A stretch of DNA of 64,000 bases from Candidatus Thorarchaeota archaeon (GTDB lineage Archaea; Asgardarchaeota; Thorarchaeia; Thorarchaeales; Thorarchaeaceae): contig JAEOTX010000039.1 in the NCBI GenBank assembly GCA_016839605.1, forward strand, positions 21,497 through 85,496. The letters run 5' to 3'. This document shows positions 1 to 7,708 of this stretch, one piece after another. Positions within the stretch are counted from its first letter, which is position 1. Each line of letters opens with the position of its first letter. The position numbers and the translations under genes were made by a program. The notes beneath the pieces are model-generated. The model saw only the letters and a program-made list of their open reading frames with translations, was not told the origin of the DNA and did no database searches.

Positions 1-466
1 CTCCCTCTAACTTACCACTCTTGGCGACTTCTTCAGCTCCTGTGCAGCCGCTCTCCTCATCAGAAGTAGCGAGCATTAGAAGAGGAGTGGTATGGCCTTC
101 ATCACTATATTGAATCATAGCTTCAGATAGAGCAGCTACTGGCCCCTTCATATCTGCGGCACCCCTCCCATAAAGCAGACCATCAATGATTTCACCTCCA
201 AAAGGATCATGCTTCCATGACTCCCTAGGCCCAGCCGGGACCGTGTCCATGTGTCCGTGAATCACAAGAGGTCCCTTCTCTGCCTCTATAGTTGAGAACA
301 AGAGATTGGGCCGCTTACTAGGACCTATGGAAACACAGGAGATGCCATGGTCTTCCATATGAGACCGAAGAACTTTGGCAACTTCAGCTTCACCGCCAGG
401 CGGGCTTTCTGAGTTGGTTGCGACTAGTTCTTGGGTTAATGATATCAGTCTGCTTTTGTCTGTCAT
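1..466 (-). CDS. M20 family metallopeptidase (ArgE/DapE-type deacylase), 3' end beyond the window. The N-terminus is at 466 and the ORF runs off the window start.
   Basis: Manual reverse-strand translation from ATG (complement of 464-466): MTDKSRLISLTQELVATNSESPPGGEAEV...HGHMDTVPAG...DPFGG...GRGAADMKGP...SDEESG. These are the classic M20 motifs HxDtVp, GRGaaDmKg and DEE. Not in the ORF track because no stop lies within the window. Confidence 0.75.
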   Translation of the reverse strand, partial: MTDKSRLISLTQELVATNSESPPGGEAEVAKVLRSHMEDHGISCVSIGPSKRPNLLFSTIEAEKGPLVIHGHMDTVPAGPRESWKHDPFGGEIIDGLLYGRGAADMKGPVAALSEAMIQYSDEGHTTPLLMLATSDEESGCTGAEEVAKSGKLEG

Positions 467-1097
467 GGGACCACCTGCCTCGAGCAATACTGTCTAGGCT
501 AAGAAGATTCCTGAAATGCAGAAAGTAGCTTCTTAAGGAATGAAATCAATACAAGGATGGCAGTTCGATGAGGCGGTTACCCCTGTCTGAGCATTCGCGA
601 TGACGACCCAAGAGCATGCTGAGATCTGCCACTATTTCTGACAAAAGAAGTGTAGGCTGAGACCATTTTTGGTTGGTTTTCTAATTCCCCGTCACAGGGC
701 TCATCAGGAGTTTGTTGCGCTGAATTGTCACTCCGTAAGTTTGTCCCTCATCGTCTTCAACTGAAACTGCGGCCCCTTGCAAGAATACACGGACGCGTTT
801 TCGCAGTCTACGTCCCGGTAGATCGCGGATGTTGATGACACAGGTCTCAGCCATTTCAGGGAACTCCGACGGATGTATGTGGTGGTCGCGGCAGCCTGAT
901 AGGGATGCAAGACTTACTCTATTCCTAGGAATTCAAGTATATAACCGAGATTTGCGTATTCAATCCTGTAGAGATGTCCAGAACTTGAGCTAGAAGCCAT
1001 TTTAAGGAGGGGTCATGAAATCTTTCCCAAATCGGGATAGAAGGTCATACAGAAGTAATACACCGCACTATGCAAACTTAACAATCGGCCAACCTAT

Positions 1098-1298
1098 TCA
1101 GGGGTCTCGTTTCAGACTCTTACCTGATGACAGAAGCTTGGCGTAGAGATTTCCATTCCTTCGAGAAATAGCTATGAACTCCGATTCAACTTCGACGACA
1201 ATCTCCTCATTCTCATTAATTAGTGTATACAGGTTTTGATTGTCCATGTCCCGCAGGATTCTTTGTAGGTCTTCGGAGTAATCCTTCTCCATTTGCAT
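1098..1298 (-). CDS. Hypothetical small protein (66 aa)
   Basis: Complete ORF in the ORF track. It lies just downstream (same strand) of the DapA-Fae gene. I recognise no family. Confidence 0.3.
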   Translation of the reverse strand: MQMEKDYSEDLQRILRDMDNQNLYTLINENEEIVVEVESEFIAISRRNGNLYAKLLSSGKSLKRDP

Positions 1299-1400
1299 TC
1301 CGCCATTGCATCGTAGTGTGGTGGTTCTTGTAGATGGAACGGTGCAGCCTTCGTGGTCTAACCCATTATTAACTCCTTTGCTGGCATGTTTGCTATAGTT

Positions 1401-2894
1401 TCACGGATTATATGCAAATGGATGTCTTGCGGATTCTTTTCGCTGAATAATCTCCTCTACAGTTTGCCGTCCCTCAAACGCTCTTCTAATTGCGAAGCGA
1501 ACAGCACGGAAGTTGTTGATATGGACTCGTTTTGGATTCACTGCGTTGGGATGAACGAAAGCGTTCACAGCAATGACAAGATCGGGAATAAGCTCCTCAG
1601 GGATTACTCCATCGGTAATCGTACGTTTAATTGCATCAGCAACCGCTCTCTGAGCGACTTCCATGACCATTTTCTTCTGCTTCTCACTCGTTATTGTCAC
1701 CGTAGGTGCAAAAACTGTAAGAGGATCAAGGTCCTTGATAACATTCGATGAATGAACGCCCTCAACAATTTTTCCAGCATTATCCAATGCAGTACTGAGC
1801 GGGCCATCTCTGACGCCCATAATGAGATCGACATGTGCCACCTCCTGACCTTCACCGGCTAAGGCCTCACCATGAAGCAATGTCAGGTCTTCTACGACAT
1901 CAGGAACTAAGCCAACTGCCTTTGGATAGCCTTCGGCAATTAATTCTCGATCACCCATCCTGAAAGCTACAGGTCCACGCTGTATCAATTGGAGGTCTTC
2001 AAGGCAAGTCCGAAGTTCATCGATGTCTTCATACCTCAATGAATCGCTCTCCTGTAGGGGGCGTCGAGCTGGTCCAACTGGAATACCCATCATATTCAAT
2101 CCAGCCTTGATAGCTAAACCTCCCCCTCGATTGACAAAGATTCTAACTGTCTTCTGAATGCTCCGTTGAATTATCAGAGCCTCCTTGAGGTCTCCAGCAG
2201 CTAGCGCTGCCTGCATCTTGACATATCGATCTGGAAAGATGTTCGCACTGGCTAGAATTGCGCCATCGCATCCAGAAGCAAGTGCCGGGAGTGCCACCTC
2301 ATCGTGTCCAACCATGACCTGAAACTCCTCTGGCTTGCGAACAAGAACTGTTGTCAGGTGCACGAGATTGCCGCTTGAATCTTTCAGACCAACGATATTC
2401 TCAATCTCTCGTAGGCCATCGATAACCCACCAATCAAGCATGACCCCAGTTACCTGAGGGATGTTATACACGATAATGGGAATCTCAGATGAATTTGCGA
2501 TCTTCTCAAAGTGCTCGTATATTTCCTTCGTCGAGGGCTTGAGGAAGTATGGTGTGACAACTAGTGCTGCAGAAGCCCCGAACTCAGCTGCTCTTCGCGT
2601 CAGCTTGATTACATCATTAGTATAGGCGGCACCAGTACCAGCTACCACTGGGACTCGTCCACCAGCAGCTTCGCAGGCTATTCTGATTGCTTCAACCTTT
2701 TCCTCGAACCGCATGCTGGTGAACTCACCTGTTGTACCGCATGGAACTAGTCCAGTAGCTCCCTTTCCGATTGTATAATCGATTAAGCCACGATACTGCT
2801 CCTCATTGACGCCATTCTCATCGAATGGAGTGACTAGAGCAGGATATACTCCTTTGAATCGATAGGTGTGACTCGCCATTTCAATCAACTCCAT
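1401..2894 (-). CDS. Fusion protein: N-terminal DapA-like class I aldolase (dihydrodipicolinate synthase/NAL family) plus C-terminal formaldehyde-activating enzyme (Fae)-like domain
   Basis: N-terminal half reads GVYPALVTPF...GTTGEF...VAGTG...PYF...YNIP...GLKDSSGN (DapA family hallmarks, including the Schiff-base Lys in KDSSG). C-terminal about 160 aa reads VAHVDLIMGVRDGP...ALDNA...RHPFAYNP, which aligns to Fae (VAHIDLIIGPRGSP...THPFAANA). Confidence 0.75.
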   Translation of the reverse strand: MELIEMASHTYRFKGVYPALVTPFDENGVNEEQYRGLIDYTIGKGATGLVPCGTTGEFTSMRFEEKVEAIRIACEAAGGRVPVVAGTGAAYTNDVIKLTRRAAEFGASAALVVTPYFLKPSTKEIYEHFEKIANSSEIPIIVYNIPQVTGVMLDWWVIDGLREIENIVGLKDSSGNLVHLTTVLVRKPEEFQVMVGHDEVALPALASGCDGAILASANIFPDRYVKMQAALAAGDLKEALIIQRSIQKTVRIFVNRGGGLAIKAGLNMMGIPVGPARRPLQESDSLRYEDIDELRTCLEDLQLIQRGPVAFRMGDRELIAEGYPKAVGLVPDVVEDLTLLHGEALAGEGQEVAHVDLIMGVRDGPLSTALDNAGKIVEGVHSSNVIKDLDPLTVFAPTVTITSEKQKKMVMEVAQRAVADAIKRTITDGVIPEELIPDLVIAVNAFVHPNAVNPKRVHINNFRAVRFAIRRAFEGRQTVEEIIQRKESARHPFAYNP

Positions 2895-4312
2895 ATCTGA
2901 GATAGAGCAGCCTTTACTGCATTTTCAGCAGCGGCTCTGATTACTCTGCGTTCGCGCGTGTTCATGTCAATGTCCATAGCCATCAATACTACATCGCTCG
3001 TCAGGACTTCATCAGGGATAAGTTCCTTCTCAAGATGATCTGCTATAGCCCGGGCGGCACCAGCTTGAACGGGTCCATAAAAGAGAGAAGCTTGCCTCAT
3101 GGATTCGATTTTGCTAATAGGAAACATTAGGCTTGACGGTTTTACCGGAAGATTCGGTTCAAGAATGACTGTAAGAGCTTCCCGCCCGACCTGAGGTGTG
3201 GTCAACAGTGTCACAAACGCTCTACCAATTGGGCCATTCTTTGAGCCCGATACCATACTCACCGAAACCTTCTCATTTGATCCTGAACCGTAACTAGTGC
3301 TTGCATCATCTATATCCAAACCGATTTCACGGAGTACATCTTTGATTTCAATCAACTCAGGTGCAGGATGATCTAGAGATTCAATCACTCCCAGTTTCTC
3401 AAGTTCTAACCGAATTTCCTCTTTGAGTTCCAGTGTCAAAGTCCCACCTGTGTCAAGGGGAATCCTACTTCGTCCTGCTTTGATGCCAATCATCTTTAGT
3501 GCGGCTTTGACTGGCGGCCCTCCTCCATTCCTTGTAACTATCCTAGCAAGAGTCTGTGCTTCCTGTTGCAGCTGAGCTGCTCTCTCATGATCGCCAGCCT
3601 TCACATGCTCGATAATCTTAAGCCAGATATGTGGGATGATGTTTGCAGAGGCCATAATTGCAGCACTCGCTCCAGCGGCAATAGCTGAAAGAAAGCACTC
3701 GTCATGTCCAATTAGGACTGGAATTATGCCCTTCAACTTCTGAATTAGTTCAACAGTATGACCAATATTCCCACCACTATCTTTGATTCCAACAACATTG
3801 TCGAGCTCGGCCAAGTCTTCTACTACGTTTGAGTTCAGGACACCTAGAGTGCATTGAGGAATATTATACAAGATTATTGGCAAATCTGCTTTTCGTGCAA
3901 CTTCAGCATAATGATCATAATATCCCTTGTCTGCAGGCCTCAGGTAGTAGGGAGAAATAATCAGTGCTGCATCGCAACCAATATCAGCTGCATACTGAGT
4001 GAGTGAAACAGTTGCCCTAGTGCTATTTTGGCCAGTACCCGCGATAATGGGGACTCTTCCATCAACATACTCAACAGCAAGCTTGAGAAGCTTCTTACGC
4101 TCCTCTGTTCTCAGATATGAGAACTCCCCGGTTGTTCCAGCTGGTACGACTCCGGTCACTCCTTTTCCGATGGTAAAGTCAATTACCTGTTTGAATCCTT
4201 CTTCAAGGATGTCCCCATCCTTGGTGAATGGTGTGACCAGAGCAGGCATTACTCCTTTTGGAACGAATCTCTTGCCCAACAGTTTCACCCTTGAATAGTG
4301 CGTGGCTGGCAT
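2885..4312 (-). CDS. Paralogous fusion protein: DapA-like aldolase plus Fae-like C-terminal domain, joined by a Ser/Gly-rich linker
   Basis: GVMPALVTPF...GTTGEF...IAGTG...PYY...YNIP...GIKDSGGN, then linker SYGSGSNEKVSVSMVSGS, then an Fae-like region (ILEPNLPVKPSSLMF compared with Fae APNLPCKPNTLMF). It overlaps the upstream paralogue by 10 nt. Confidence 0.75.
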   Translation of the reverse strand: MPATHYSRVKLLGKRFVPKGVMPALVTPFTKDGDILEEGFKQVIDFTIGKGVTGVVPAGTTGEFSYLRTEERKKLLKLAVEYVDGRVPIIAGTGQNSTRATVSLTQYAADIGCDAALIISPYYLRPADKGYYDHYAEVARKADLPIILYNIPQCTLGVLNSNVVEDLAELDNVVGIKDSGGNIGHTVELIQKLKGIIPVLIGHDECFLSAIAAGASAAIMASANIIPHIWLKIIEHVKAGDHERAAQLQQEAQTLARIVTRNGGGPPVKAALKMIGIKAGRSRIPLDTGGTLTLELKEEIRLELEKLGVIESLDHPAPELIEIKDVLREIGLDIDDASTSYGSGSNEKVSVSMVSGSKNGPIGRAFVTLLTTPQVGREALTVILEPNLPVKPSSLMFPISKIESMRQASLFYGPVQAGAARAIADHLEKELIPDEVLTSDVVLMAMDIDMNTRERRVIRAAAENAVKAALSQIWS

Positions 4313-4361
4313 CTCGCATATAAACTAGGGGTTGCAAACTGTAGCTTATATCCCGAATATA

Positions 4362-4823
4362 TCACGAAGGAGACCCAGACTCCCAGGAGGATGATGGGGG
4401 TCTGATAATAATTGGTGTCAATAATAAGGCTAGTAATGCAACTAGCGGAATAGGAGTGAAAGTGATTAGAGGTCCGCTGCTGGTGAGGTATCCAATGACA
4501 ATAAAATACCCAAACTGCATCAAAAGCAAGATGAATACAACAATGGCATATCCCAGCCTAGTCAAATCCTCCCTAACTATTGAGAAGAACGTCACGCCTG
4601 ATACTATAAGTCCCATTCCCCAAAAGGGCAGGTAATCGATAGTGAGCCCAAGCGGAAACTCGAAGAAAAAGGAGCCTCCTGAATGTGACACGAATGACCA
4701 AATCGGCGCCACAATCCGGATACTTGTTCCACCAAGCAGGCTCTGCTCTATTATGAAATATGGTGCTAGCAGAGTCGCAGTTACTAGAAACAAGGCAATT
4801 TTCCGCGGAAATCCCGGGCTCAT
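4362..4823 (-). CDS. Hypothetical multi-pass membrane protein (153 aa)
   Basis: Several hydrophobic stretches (for example GMGLIVSGVTFFSIV and AIVVFILLLMQFGYFIVIGYL). No recognisable family. Confidence 0.45.
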   Translation of the reverse strand: MSPGFPRKIALFLVTATLLAPYFIIEQSLLGGTSIRIVAPIWSFVSHSGGSFFFEFPLGLTIDYLPFWGMGLIVSGVTFFSIVREDLTRLGYAIVVFILLLMQFGYFIVIGYLTSSGPLITFTPIPLVALLALLLTPIIIRPPSSSWESGSPS

Positions 4824-4901
4824 TATCCAAACCGTGTATTGACATGGATTTTCAGGATAATAACATTCGTTTCTTGCCAGAAGGGAAATTGCATATGATT
4901 T

Positions 4902-5246
4902 ATGGCTAGGTGTAGCTATGAAGAATGCATGACAGAGTACATTTTGGCGATCACTACATGTCCAAATAGCGACGCTACCGCTCTGGCAAAACGGCTCGTG
5001 GAGGCGAGGGTGTGTGCTTGTGTGAATATTGTCCCTTCAATTAGGAGTATCTACAGGTGGAAGGGCAAGGTCGTAGATGATGAAGAGAGTATTCTTTTCA
5101 TCAAGACTGAACGTGCATTTCAGGAAAGCCTCTGGAATGAGATTAGAGCGCATCACTCCTATGACGTGCCTGAGTTTCTTAGCATCCCAATTCAAGGAGG
5201 CTCTCAGGACTACTTGAGGTGGATAACAGAGAACATCACAGGCTAG
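4902..5246 (+). CDS. cutA: Divalent-cation tolerance protein CutA
   Basis: ACVNIVPSIRSIYRWKGKV...HSYDVPEFLSIPIQGG...YLRWI matches the conserved CutA1 core (CVNi.p.i.SiY.WkG...HpYevPe...pi..G...YL.Wi). Confidence 0.8.
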   Translation: MARCSYEECMTEYILAITTCPNSDATALAKRLVEARVCACVNIVPSIRSIYRWKGKVVDDEESILFIKTERAFQESLWNEIRAHHSYDVPEFLSIPIQGGSQDYLRWITENITG

Positions 5247-5248
5247 CT

Positions 5249-7708
5249 CTATGCAAAATCAACCCTGCGGGCTGCATATTCCAATGATTCATTGAAATAC
5301 TTGCGGATAATACGAGCAATAGCAGGGCCAACTATGTAATTGATATCACCTGGCATGAGTTTCTTCAGATTTGTCTTTCCTGTTATCTTTCCATTCCTGC
5401 GTAAAGCCCTTATCTCCCGATCTACAATTGATCTTGCTTCTGTGAGTGTCATCGGCTTGGCCGTGGACCCGATGAGACCTTGCTTAATGTCTGTGATAGA
5501 CCTCATCACAAACACAGCCAAGTTCTCAGTGTCGTTAGCAGGAATCATGTTGGTGGCTTTGTGGGTCTTGCATATGTTGTCAGACGGCGTTTCGCCACAA
5601 ACTGAGCAGATCTTCCTACCTCTGCTGGTGCGGATATAGTATGACAATAGATTCGCGCATTTCGAATCGTCATTAGCGTTCCATTCAAGGCCTTTGACGC
5701 CTACCCTTCCAATAGCTCTAAACACGGTCTGACTCTTTGTATATATCCAAGTCAGAACATCAAGTGATGCTTTCTTGCTGTCAGCTACCTTCTGCTCCTC
5801 AAGTTTGGCTTCAAGCACCAATTCCTCCTTGGCAAGCTTCTTCCGACGTTCGGTTCTCAAGAACCGATGCATGACGTCATATGCAATTGCATAGTTATCA
5901 AAGTCCAACTGGTCAGTCACGAGTTCAGTATCAATGACTCCTTCAAAGACTGGACTTGGAGTGCTATCAAGCTCAGTCTTGGCAGCGGTCATGTCTTTGT
6001 TGGATAGCCGAGCATGCATCCACGAAGTGATGTCTGGGGCTTTCAAGTCGGGATAGACTATCTTTAGCTCGTAGATTCTCTGAGATGCCAGATCGATGAG
6101 GATTTCTTCTCGAAGGGCTTGAAGGTCGGTTTCAGGACTCTCATATATACTCTTGAGAAGTGCCTTGATACGCAAGAGGTCCTGCTTGGAACGGATATAG
6201 GTTTCAACCACGCGTGAGAGGTTTGTGAGGATTCCTGAAGTAAGATGCCATACTAGGTCAAATCGAAGTGCTGCGATTGTTTCGCCATGACGACGGTGTC
6301 GAACTATATCGGAAGATGATGATACGCCAATAGAACTGAGCGCGCCCTGCTTGACTTTTTCTCGAGCCTCAAGTAATCGCTTGACATCTTCTGAGGAAGG
6401 AACTCGAGTCTTTTGCTTAAGTGCCTCCAGAACCTTGACCTCGAAGCCAATAAGTGAGTCGCGGTCTTTTGCCAACGTTTCAATGGTGAACTTCTCGAGT
6501 TCTGACGCCCTGAGACCTTGCGCTTTCAGTGCACCCTTGACAGGTCGTTCCAAAATGTTTTCGAGCTTGTCTATAGCTTTGAGTGATCGCTCCAAGTAAT
6601 CCATTTCTACCTCGCTTACAGCGGGACCTGCGGTCTCTGTTTTGTCGGATTTATCTTCATCTGCAATTCGAAATCCCTTGACCAAATCAGTAGGATCTGA
6701 CAAGCCCTTACGCCTTAATGCTGCGGCTATGTCGGTCGAGGGTATCTGTAGGAGATGAGAGAGTAAGTCGAATGCCCCTGCTGGATTCACTTCAATAGCT
6801 GCAGCTACCTCTTCCGACACCTTGTTGACAAGCTGTTTTTCATATTCATCCAATGTTGTAGCACCTGCCAATTGCGCCTCAACTGCAGTTAGAAAATTCA
6901 GACGTATCTCCTGAGCACGCTTAATACTAGCTAGGTGATCAGCAGGTCTGCAATATCTATTTGCCACGTCTTTTGCGATATCACCCATTGTAGCAGGATA
7001 CAACATTGACTCCACGATGTGCGAATTAGCATACCGCGGCTCGCCCCATATTCGCTTTAGACCCTCCTTCAGAACAGTGATCTCTATAACTTCGGCATCA
7101 TGCTCACGAAGAACTTCTTCTCGAAGAGACATGGAGGTTTCCTTCAATCCGGAAGCCTTGGAATAGAGGTCTTCTCTCAGCTTCACATCAAATTCCGAAA
7201 GCTGATTGAGCAAGTCGATGTCATGATTTTGAGAGAATTCACTTGGAATCATTCCAAGATGTTCCTTGAGTAGGTCCTCTGTTCTTGCCAAGGTTTCGTC
7301 ATCTGCAGGGTTTCTATTTCCAAGCTCATCACAGAAGCGAATTATAAATTGAGCGAGTATTTTTCCGACAGCAACTTCTTCGCGTTGTTTGGAACCAAGA
7401 ATGTGTCGGACTTCATTCTCTAGCTGCACCCTTGTTTCCACGCCAACCTTCTCTTGATCTTCAATGCTGAGGTTCTGAGTGTCTTCAATGGTATGCAATC
7501 GAACTCCTTGGTAACTCTGCAAATAGAATGACGCAAAGGCCGCAAAGACCTCATCTAATGGACGAGGATCAGGACTCATTTCATTGAAGATCTGTCTGGC
7601 TCTGGTGCTTCTTAGATGAGTAGCTAGAGCTTCACGAAGGATGATTTCTTTGCCAGCCTCACTCATCTGTCGTGTCTTGATAATCCACGAAGTTGACAAA
7701 TCAGACAC
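5249..7708 (-). CDS. Large hypothetical protein (819 aa), predominantly helical and acidic, with a C-terminal CxxC...C.H zinc-ribbon-like motif
   Basis: Long uninterrupted ORF with coding-like composition. Ends ...CSVCGETPSDNICKTH.... It overlaps the upstream 911-aa gene by 8 nt, suggesting an operon. I recognise no family. Confidence 0.7.
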   Translation of the reverse strand: MSDLSTSWIIKTRQMSEAGKEIILREALATHLRSTRARQIFNEMSPDPRPLDEVFAAFASFYLQSYQGVRLHTIEDTQNLSIEDQEKVGVETRVQLENEVRHILGSKQREEVAVGKILAQFIIRFCDELGNRNPADDETLARTEDLLKEHLGMIPSEFSQNHDIDLLNQLSEFDVKLREDLYSKASGLKETSMSLREEVLREHDAEVIEITVLKEGLKRIWGEPRYANSHIVESMLYPATMGDIAKDVANRYCRPADHLASIKRAQEIRLNFLTAVEAQLAGATTLDEYEKQLVNKVSEEVAAAIEVNPAGAFDLLSHLLQIPSTDIAAALRRKGLSDPTDLVKGFRIADEDKSDKTETAGPAVSEVEMDYLERSLKAIDKLENILERPVKGALKAQGLRASELEKFTIETLAKDRDSLIGFEVKVLEALKQKTRVPSSEDVKRLLEAREKVKQGALSSIGVSSSSDIVRHRRHGETIAALRFDLVWHLTSGILTNLSRVVETYIRSKQDLLRIKALLKSIYESPETDLQALREEILIDLASQRIYELKIVYPDLKAPDITSWMHARLSNKDMTAAKTELDSTPSPVFEGVIDTELVTDQLDFDNYAIAYDVMHRFLRTERRKKLAKEELVLEAKLEEQKVADSKKASLDVLTWIYTKSQTVFRAIGRVGVKGLEWNANDDSKCANLLSYYIRTSRGRKICSVCGETPSDNICKTHKATNMIPANDTENLAVFVMRSITDIKQGLIGSTAKPMTLTEARSIVDREIRALRRNGKITGKTNLKKLMPGDINYIVGPAIARIIRKYFNESLEYAARRVDFA

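Noticed and set aside
3999-4298. 99-aa plus-strand ORF embedded in the DapA-Fae gene
   Set aside because: It lies entirely antisense within a well-supported CDS. It is Ser/Thr/Pro/Val-rich as expected from reverse-frame translation. The same reasoning applies to 5340-5639, 6351-6599, 9679-9944, 14055-14285, 15455-15700, 22126-22567, 28008-29342, 31199-31885, 32233-32892, 33866-34394, 41285-41566, 46475-46910, 50629-51453, 52135-53142, 53827-54307, 55059-55535, 56664-57283, 57721-58002, 58556-58888 and 59716-60141.
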